32,000 nucleotides of DNA from sequence record MK250016.1; one strand, 5' to 3'. This document shows, one piece after another, positions 25,804 to 32,000 of this stretch. Each line of letters opens with the position of its first letter. The first letter of the stretch is position 1. A program made the position numbers and the translations under genes. The DNA is from Prevotella phage Lak-A1. A model generated the notes under the pieces. The model was not told the DNA's origin, did no database searches, and saw only the letters and a list, made by a program, of their open reading frames with translations.

Positions 25804-27774
25804 TTAGACCTCTTCGTATTCTGCTTCCTGAACGTTATCATCTGTCTTTGAATTCTCAGATGTTGAATTATTTGCAGTTGCATCACCAAAACCTGCATTT
25901 GCAAACATATCGTTAGGGTTTTGCGCAGAATTTTCCTGAGGTTGAGAACCACCAGCATTCTTATACATTTCTTCAACAATTGGCTTAAATACTGTCTCAA
26001 GCTCTACACGTGCAGATTCTGCTGCAACAGCATCCTTCTTAGAAACTGCATCAAGTACTGCACTAATCTTTGTCTTCAATGTATCTTTCTTATCAGAAGG
26101 AATTGATGAACCTGTCTTCTCATCATCCATATACTTCTGAACCTGAGTTGCATACTGCTCTGCACCATTCAACTTATCAACTTCATCCTTCTTCTTCTTA
26201 TCTGCTTCTGCAAACTTCTCTGCATCTGCCTTAATACGTGCAATCTCTTCATCTGAAAGTGCATTAGGAGACTGAATTGTTACCTTCTGCTCTTTATTTG
26301 TACCCTTATCTTTTGCTGTTACTTCAAGAATACCATCAGCATTAATATCAAATGTTACTTCAATCTGAGGAACACCCTTTGGTGCAGGTGCAATACCCTC
26401 CAAATTAAAATTACCAATTACCTTATTATCTGCAGACATTGGACGCTCACCCTGAAGAACCTTAATTGTTACTGCAGGCTGATTATCTACTGCTGTAGTA
26501 AATACCTGTGACTTACGTGTAGGAATAGTTGTATTTGCATCAATCAACTTTGCCATCTCACAACCATTTACCTCAATACCCAATGAAATTGGTGTTACAT
26601 CAAGAAGAAGAACTGAATCTTCTGTTGCATTACCAGCAAGTGTATTTGCCTGAATTGCAGCACCAAGGGCAACAGCCTCATCAAAATTACAAGTCTTATT
26701 CAATGGCTTGTTAAATGACTTCTCCAATGCAGACTGAACTGAAGGAATACGAGAAGAACCACCAACCAAAAGAATCTCACTAATCTGATCTTCTGTAATA
26801 CCTGCCTTCTCTACTGCACGATGTGCAATATCAACAACGTTATTTGTCAAATCTTCAGTAAGTCTCTCAAATGTTGCACGATTAAGTGTCTTCATCAACA
26901 TCTGTGGAACACCATCAGCAACAGTAATATAAGGAAGATTAATCTCTGTCTGAGTAGCTGTAGACAACTCACACTTTGCTTTCTCTGCTGCTTCTACAAG
27001 ACGAGCATATGCCATCTTATCCTTACTCAAATCAATACCTGTATCGTTCTTAAACTCATCAATAAGCCACTGAACAATAGCATTATCATAATTCTGTCCT
27101 CCAAGGAATACATCACCATCTGATGCAAGAACCTCAATCATACCATCAGAAATCTCTACAATGGATACATCTTCTGTACCACAACCAAGGTCATTTACAA
27201 GAACAATCTTGTCACCATTTTTTGTATCAATATTAGAAGAAAGAACTGCTGCAGTAGGTTCATTAATAATACGAAGTACATTCAAACCTGCCAACTGTCC
27301 AGCTACCTTAGTAGCATTACGCTGAATATCATTAAACCAAGCAGGAACAGTAATTACAGCATCTTTACAATCATCTGTTCCATAATATCCCTTTGCAACT
27401 TCATACATATTCTTAAGAATCATAGATGAAATTTGCTCAGGTGAATATGTTTTATCGTCAATCTTTAGACGAGGATTTCCATTTTCATCGACAACATCAT
27501 ATGTTACCATCTTCAACATTTTCTGTACATCTGGATCATCCCATTTTGCACCCATAAAACGTTTTACAAATGAAATGGTATTCTTTGGATTCATTACCAT
27601 ACCACGCTTTGCAGCTGCACCAATTTTTGTTTCATCACCTTTAATGTACACTACTGATGGCGTTGTCTTATAACCATCTGCATTTTCAATTACCTTAGCT
27701 TTGTTTGCCTCGATGATGGCTACCGCACTGTTTCCAGTACCGAGGTCCAATCCAATAACTTTCTTGTTGCTCAT
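25804..27774 (-). CDS. dnaK: DnaK / Hsp70 chaperone (656 aa)
   Basis: VIGLDLGTGNSAVAIIEANKAKVIENADGYKTTPSVV, ITVPAWFNDIQRNATKVAGQLAGLNVLRIINEPTAAVL, LLVGGSSRIPSVQ, VTPISLGIEVNG. Confidence 0.96.
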   Translation of the reverse strand: MSNKKVIGLDLGTGNSAVAIIEANKAKVIENADGYKTTPSVVYIKGDETKIGAAAKRGMVMNPKNTISFVKRFMGAKWDDPDVQKMLKMVTYDVVDENGNPRLKIDDKTYSPEQISSMILKNMYEVAKGYYGTDDCKDAVITVPAWFNDIQRNATKVAGQLAGLNVLRIINEPTAAVLSSNIDTKNGDKIVLVNDLGCGTEDVSIVEISDGMIEVLASDGDVFLGGQNYDNAIVQWLIDEFKNDTGIDLSKDKMAYARLVEAAEKAKCELSTATQTEINLPYITVADGVPQMLMKTLNRATFERLTEDLTNNVVDIAHRAVEKAGITEDQISEILLVGGSSRIPSVQSALEKSFNKPLNKTCNFDEAVALGAAIQANTLAGNATEDSVLLLDVTPISLGIEVNGCEMAKLIDANTTIPTRKSQVFTTAVDNQPAVTIKVLQGERPMSADNKVIGNFNLEGIAPAPKGVPQIEVTFDINADGILEVTAKDKGTNKEQKVTIQSPNALSDEEIARIKADAEKFAEADKKKKDEVDKLNGAEQYATQVQKYMDDEKTGSSIPSDKKDTLKTKISAVLDAVSKKDAVAAESARVELETVFKPIVEEMYKNAGGSQPQENSAQNPNDMFANAGFGDATANNSTSENSKTDDNVQEAEYEEV

Positions 27775-27948
27775 AATTTTATTATGTATTTAATTTTTGT
27801 TGCTCAATAACTTCATATGTTAAACATACGGAGTTATTGTATAAATTTATTATTTAATTATTTTATATTCTATCTATTTATAGAGAAAAAATTATAAATT
27901 GTCTATTTTTCTAATAATTTTTTTTTAATTTTATTTAATTATCTTTAT

Positions 27949-28818
27949 TCATTTCAATAATTTAGGTTTATTCCTTGCATTTCTTAAATTCATATCCATA
28001 TAGCCTCCCATTGCCCAACGTCCTCTTGGTTCCATTTCTTCTAAAACTTCCATACGTCTTACACATATCGATTTCCAAAAATCTGTTGCTTCTTGTACTC
28101 TACTTCTCTTTCTATCTTTAAATGACGTTCCTTCATAATCGGTCCAATATCTTTGTGGAGCATCAGTATTTTCGATACCTTCTTTTCTATTATTCACTTT
28201 TAATGCATTATTAGGAATAAATGAAAAAGCTTTATTACCGATACGTGACATAAAATTAGAAGCAGAACCTGGTTTCAATTTACTTTCATCACCTTTTTTA
28301 TGATAACCAGGATATGTAGCATCATTTGTTCCTATAAGATAACCATATGTTTTATCTTTTGGTTTATAATAAATTGAATCTTGATTAAAATATTCAGCTA
28401 AAGATAAAAGATTATTTAAGAAATTAGGATCATTAAATCTATTTACAACAAAAAAACTTTCCTCTGATGACTCATTATTCATTCCTTCTGGATATATTCC
28501 TTTTACGGTAGTTACACCATACTTTAAGTTTAATAATTCTGCTTTTAATAATTTATTTTTTTCTCGATTTTCTTCATGAGTAAATATTTTTTTGTCCACC
28601 CAATTATCATTTGGACCATAATAAGTTTTATCTGGATTTGCAATGTCAATTAACTTATATCTAAATGCAGTAATAAATGCACAATCACATTTATTTAACC
28701 ATAACATCATACGGTTAAGTGATTTTTCATTTAACTCATTATTATATATTGCTATATTATTGAAATTATCAACTTCTTCTAATAATTTCTTTTTTATTGC
28801 ATCATCAAAGTTATTCAT
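27949..28818 (-). CDS. hypothetical protein (289 aa)
   Basis: ORF track; ends in TGA, so TGA is a stop here. Confidence 0.8.
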   Translation of the reverse strand: MNNFDDAIKKKLLEEVDNFNNIAIYNNELNEKSLNRMMLWLNKCDCAFITAFRYKLIDIANPDKTYYGPNDNWVDKKIFTHEENREKNKLLKAELLNLKYGVTTVKGIYPEGMNNESSEESFFVVNRFNDPNFLNNLLSLAEYFNQDSIYYKPKDKTYGYLIGTNDATYPGYHKKGDESKLKPGSASNFMSRIGNKAFSFIPNNALKVNNRKEGIENTDAPQRYWTDYEGTSFKDRKRSRVQEATDFWKSICVRRMEVLEEMEPRGRWAMGGYMDMNLRNARNKPKLLK

Positions 28819-28831
28819 AATAAAATATTTT

Positions 28832-29326
28832 TTAATTATTTATATCCTCTCTAATAGAATGAAGTGTATTCAATATTTTTTGCTGCTTTCTTGTAAGTGC
28901 TTTCTTATTTCGTTTGAAAAAAATAATATAAAGAATATAACATCCTGGATCTCCATTTGGAAAATGAGTATCATTTCTATTTCCATTATACATAGAATAT
29001 GTTGTTAAAATATCATAATCAACAAAATCATTTGGATTAAGATATGCACCAGGTACTTTATACCAATAATTAAACATTTTTCTAATAACAGATTTTTTCA
29101 CACGTCCAATACGTAATTGCATATACAAGTCTGTATGAAAATGCATGAGATGCGCTTGTACATCTCTCTTATCATATTCATCTGGAATTCTATGTTCACG
29201 TTTTTGAATAGATTTTAATCTATTCTTTTTATACCAATTAATGTAAGGTATACATTTACTTTCCCAAAACTTATATTTATCAGACCATGCATTTCTTGCA
29301 TGAACAACGCCACTTCTATATTTCAT
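28832..29326 (-). CDS. hypothetical basic protein
   Basis: ORF track. Confidence 0.75.
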   Translation of the reverse strand: MKYRSGVVHARNAWSDKYKFWESKCIPYINWYKKNRLKSIQKREHRIPDEYDKRDVQAHLMHFHTDLYMQLRIGRVKKSVIRKMFNYWYKVPGAYLNPNDFVDYDILTTYSMYNGNRNDTHFPNGDPGCYILYIIFFKRNKKALTRKQQKILNTLHSIREDINN

Positions 29327-29328
29327 AA

Positions 29329-29877
29329 TTAAATATACTTTTTATCTGTTTCACAAAAAATAGGTTTACAATCTTTAATGCCAACCCATTGAACAAATTC
29401 GCCGAAAAGATTATATGCCTTTACTCTTGAACATGGTTTATTCAATAAAAGTATATAATATATCTTTCCTTTATGTTTAATCATTTTTAATTCTGAACTA
29501 TTATCTTCTGATGAAATAGTAAGAGACATTTCATCTTGAAGATTTCTCATAATATTTTTACTATCATGAATAATAGCTTTATGATTTGGTAACATACTTA
29601 TTAATGCTGTATATTCATCAATCGATTTATCTTCATTGATTTTAGTTGCAACATATTCTTTACCATTATGTTTCCACTTTTCTGTTTTATTTGCAAATTG
29701 AGTATTTACAATCATACATGCATTTTTATAAGATATGTATTTATACCCATTTATATCTTTCTCCATAACACGACGATCTTCACCATCATTCCATGGAGAA
29801 AGTTTAAGATAATGAGATGGCATAACCTTATATACAACCTCATTACAATCCTGTATATATTGTTTTTGATCGTCCAT
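29329..29877 (-). CDS. hypothetical protein
   Basis: ORF track. Confidence 0.75.
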   Translation of the reverse strand: MDDQKQYIQDCNEVVYKVMPSHYLKLSPWNDGEDRRVMEKDINGYKYISYKNACMIVNTQFANKTEKWKHNGKEYVATKINEDKSIDEYTALISMLPNHKAIIHDSKNIMRNLQDEMSLTISSEDNSSELKMIKHKGKIYYILLLNKPCSRVKAYNLFGEFVQWVGIKDCKPIFCETDKKYI

Positions 29878-29930
29878 ATATTAATAATTTTATTTTCTAC
29901 AACTATTTATATATAGAAAAATCAAAAAGT

Positions 29931-30350
29931 TTACTTCAACATATCTAAATAAAACTGTTTTTCTTCATCACTTGGACATTCCAAAATATGAAGTTCAAAA
30001 ACAGGAGTTATTTTAATCAATTTCTGACTATATGTTTGCCAATGACTATATGATATATTGTTAAACTGTTTAAATGAACCTATGAAATCTTTTATACAAA
30101 TATTTTCATTAATTAAATCTGCAATAACATGAAATTCATCTTGTCCATTTAACAAATGAATATTACCAATATTATCTTTATATGCATTAATTTGAAATGT
30201 ATCTCTGCACATAATTCGCAAAAACATTTTATTAATAAGTTTTTGCTTATCTATATTTTCATTAATGGACTCTTCAAACTGTAAGACTTCTGAAGCTTTT
30301 AAGTTTTTAAGCTCATTATATGAAACTGTTTTTATATCAATATAAACCAT
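29931..30350 (-). CDS. hypothetical protein, possibly ParB-like
   Basis: ORF track; SEVLQFEESINENIDKQKLINKM...NIHLLNGQDEFHVIADLI faintly resembles ParB/sulfiredoxin-type folds; weak. Confidence 0.6.
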   Translation of the reverse strand: MVYIDIKTVSYNELKNLKASEVLQFEESINENIDKQKLINKMFLRIMCRDTFQINAYKDNIGNIHLLNGQDEFHVIADLINENICIKDFIGSFKQFNNISYSHWQTYSQKLIKITPVFELHILECPSDEEKQFYLDMLK

Positions 30351-30355
30351 AATTC

Positions 30356-30571
30356 TTAAAATATTTTAAAATCTTTATTTTCATATAAATTTGAAATAGG
30401 TTTAAACAATCTCAATACAATTAAACCTACTGCAACAACAAGAATTCCCCATAGTGAACCACTTGCAACCATAACAAAACCTTGATAAATTGCATAAAAT
30501 GGTAAACAAATGATACCTAATACTGTCAAAAATAAAACAAATGTAAAGATATACTTAAATAATGTTGTCAT
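30356..30571 (-). CDS. small membrane protein, two hydrophobic segments
   Basis: ORF track; promoter-like element at 30610-30617. Confidence 0.7.
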   Translation of the reverse strand: MTTLFKYIFTFVLFLTVLGIICLPFYAIYQGFVMVASGSLWGILVVAVGLIVLRLFKPISNLYENKDFKIF

Positions 30572-30609
30572 AATTTTATATTTTTTAATTGTTTATACTT
30601 TATTTATAT

Positions 30610-30617
30610 TACAAAGA
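30610..30617 (-). promoter_or_regulatory. Bacteroidetes-type -7 box TATCTTTG within AATAAAATATGTATCTTTGTA
   Basis: Upstream of the 30356..30571 gene. Confidence 0.65.
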
Positions 30618-30679
30618 TACATATTTTATTTCAAATAAAAAAATCAGTTACCTAAAAAAATAGATAACTGATTTAATAT

Positions 30680-32000
30680 TTAATAATACTTATCTCTCGA
30701 AATTTCATATGTATTTTCACTTTCATTAAAATCACATACAGAGTTATTATCTACATCAAATATAACCTGACGTGTTAATTCAGTAACAACATATGGAGCA
30801 TCAGAAGGCCAACGATATTTAAGATGTTTTGATGTCTTTGTATATGTACATATAAGTTTCCTATTATTTAAATTAATATTAATTTTATCAACATCTTTCT
30901 GATCACAAAAATAATGTGATTGATTATGTTTACCAATAATATATAATTTTTGATTTTTATTATATTCTGAACATTCTCTAATAATAGTTCTATATGCATA
31001 AGTTGCATCTGCCATCTTAGTTTTTGTTAAATCTATAATCTTATTATAATAGTTTTTATTGATATATTCAAGAATATCATAATCAAGATAACCTGTCCAT
31101 GGAGTTATCGCTATATTATCAATCATCTTATCGATTTCATCATTTGTAAAAATTTCAGAAATTAATAAATCAACATATTCGCCATCGGATTCATAAGTTT
31201 TACTGAGTTTCACAATTTCTTCATTAAGATCTGCTTTCTTAACAGATTTAATATATGATTTATAACATGAATATGCAACATCTTTTAAATCATTATTAAT
31301 ATCAATATGAATTATAGGCACATTTATCTGCTTTAAAACAGTTTTTAATTCTTCTTTATATATTTTATAAAACTCTTCTTTATATGAAGATGTAAGTTCT
31401 CTCATATAATCATATATTGATTTATCTCCAATAATATCAGATAATAATAATTTTAATGTACCATCTTTATCAATCCGTTTACTCTCACTTTTAGGATATA
31501 TCTCTAATTTTCCATAAGTTGTAATAAAATGTTCTTTTTTATATTTCTTTAAAATAAAACCATTAAATGAAAAATAATAAGCATTTTCTTTACAATCACA
31601 ATAAGGCATCCAATAACGTTGTTCTAATGTTATATGTATAGTAAACAACTTTTTTCTTGATTTATCACATTGCTCTTTAAACTTAAACATTGCTCTAGAA
31701 TATGCAAGTCTTTCATATCCTAAAAGTGATTTATAATTATAAGTACCATTATAAGAATCATCTAACCCTTCAAATTCATTGTATAAATTAAATGTATCTG
31801 CATGTAGTGGTAAACCTGTTATCTTAATATTAAAGAAATTATATTCATTTTCTTTATATGAAGTATTTGTAAGTTTTGAGTATGTCAAAAGTTTACTTAA
31901 GAAAAACGATTTATAAAAATTTTGACATTCATTTATAAGAGCTTGTGCTTTATAATATTCTTCAACAAAATGACTTAAGTCTGAATAATTATTATAATCT
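30680..32000 (-). CDS. hypothetical protein, N-terminus beyond window edge
   Basis: Track start at 31888 is a TTG codon; the frame is open upstream to the window edge (...YNNYSDLSHFVEEYYKAQALINECQNFYKSFFLSKLLTYSK). Confidence 0.8.
   Translation of the reverse strand, partial: DYNNYSDLSHFVEEYYKAQALINECQNFYKSFFLSKLLTYSKLTNTSYKENEYNFFNIKITGLPLHADTFNLYNEFEGLDDSYNGTYNYKSLLGYERLAYSRAMFKFKEQCDKSRKKLFTIHITLEQRYWMPYCDCKENAYYFSFNGFILKKYKKEHFITTYGKLEIYPKSESKRIDKDGTLKLLLSDIIGDKSIYDYMRELTSSYKEEFYKIYKEELKTVLKQINVPIIHIDINNDLKDVAYSCYKSYIKSVKKADLNEEIVKLSKTYESDGEYVDLLISEIFTNDEIDKMIDNIAITPWTGYLDYDILEYINKNYYNKIIDLTKTKMADATYAYRTIIRECSEYNKNQKLYIIGKHNQSHYFCDQKDVDKININLNNRKLICTYTKTSKHLKYRWPSDAPYVVTELTRQVIFDVDNNSVCDFNESENTYEISRDKYY

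Noticed and set aside
25794-27123. Plus-strand ORFs 25921..26106, 26529..26714, 26821..27123 and minus-strand 25794..26000
   Set aside because: Overlap dnaK in other frames; no recognisable features.
14072-29916. ORFs 14072..14272, 14145..14333, 19165..19368, 20349..20537, 23520..23783, 25221..25424, 28643..29008, 29668..29916
   Set aside because: Shadow ORFs overlapping longer, better supported genes.
31889-32000. TTG start at 31888 for the last gene
   Set aside because: The frame remains open to the window edge, so the true start is probably outside the window.

Overview
AT-rich, gene-dense segment of a large tailed-phage genome, coded mostly on the minus strand. In-frame TAG codons are read as glutamine (translation code 15). 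This rests on (i) many frames that stay open with only TAG interruptions and end at TAA/TGA, (ii) conserved Gln positions encoded by TAG (the papain oxyanion-hole Gln in RD-Q-G, the GIY-YIG motif YIG-Q-S), and (iii) two distinct tRNA genes with CTA anticodons. After re-joining TAG-split frames, the window encodes NAMPT/NadV (partial), a sigma-70 family factor, a HAD RNA-repair-like protein, a GH24 lysozyme, a papain-like protease, a T4 gp20-like portal, a GIY-YIG endonuclease, formate-THF ligase, a GT25-like glycosyltransferase, a gp55-like late sigma, DnaJ and DnaK. RNA genes are a phage tmRNA, two amber-suppressor tRNAs, two odd tRNAs whose loops lack U33, and an apparently circularly permuted tRNA with the 3' half upstream of the 5' half, 26 nt apart. 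The permuted tRNA lies in a ~0.8 kb structured noncoding region and is the most unusual item. A repeated TATCTTTG-type element matching the Bacteroidetes -7 box, together with the recoding, suggests a Bacteroidetes (possibly Prevotella) host and a Lak-like or similar large phage; that assignment is inference. No CRISPR array or transposon was recognised.
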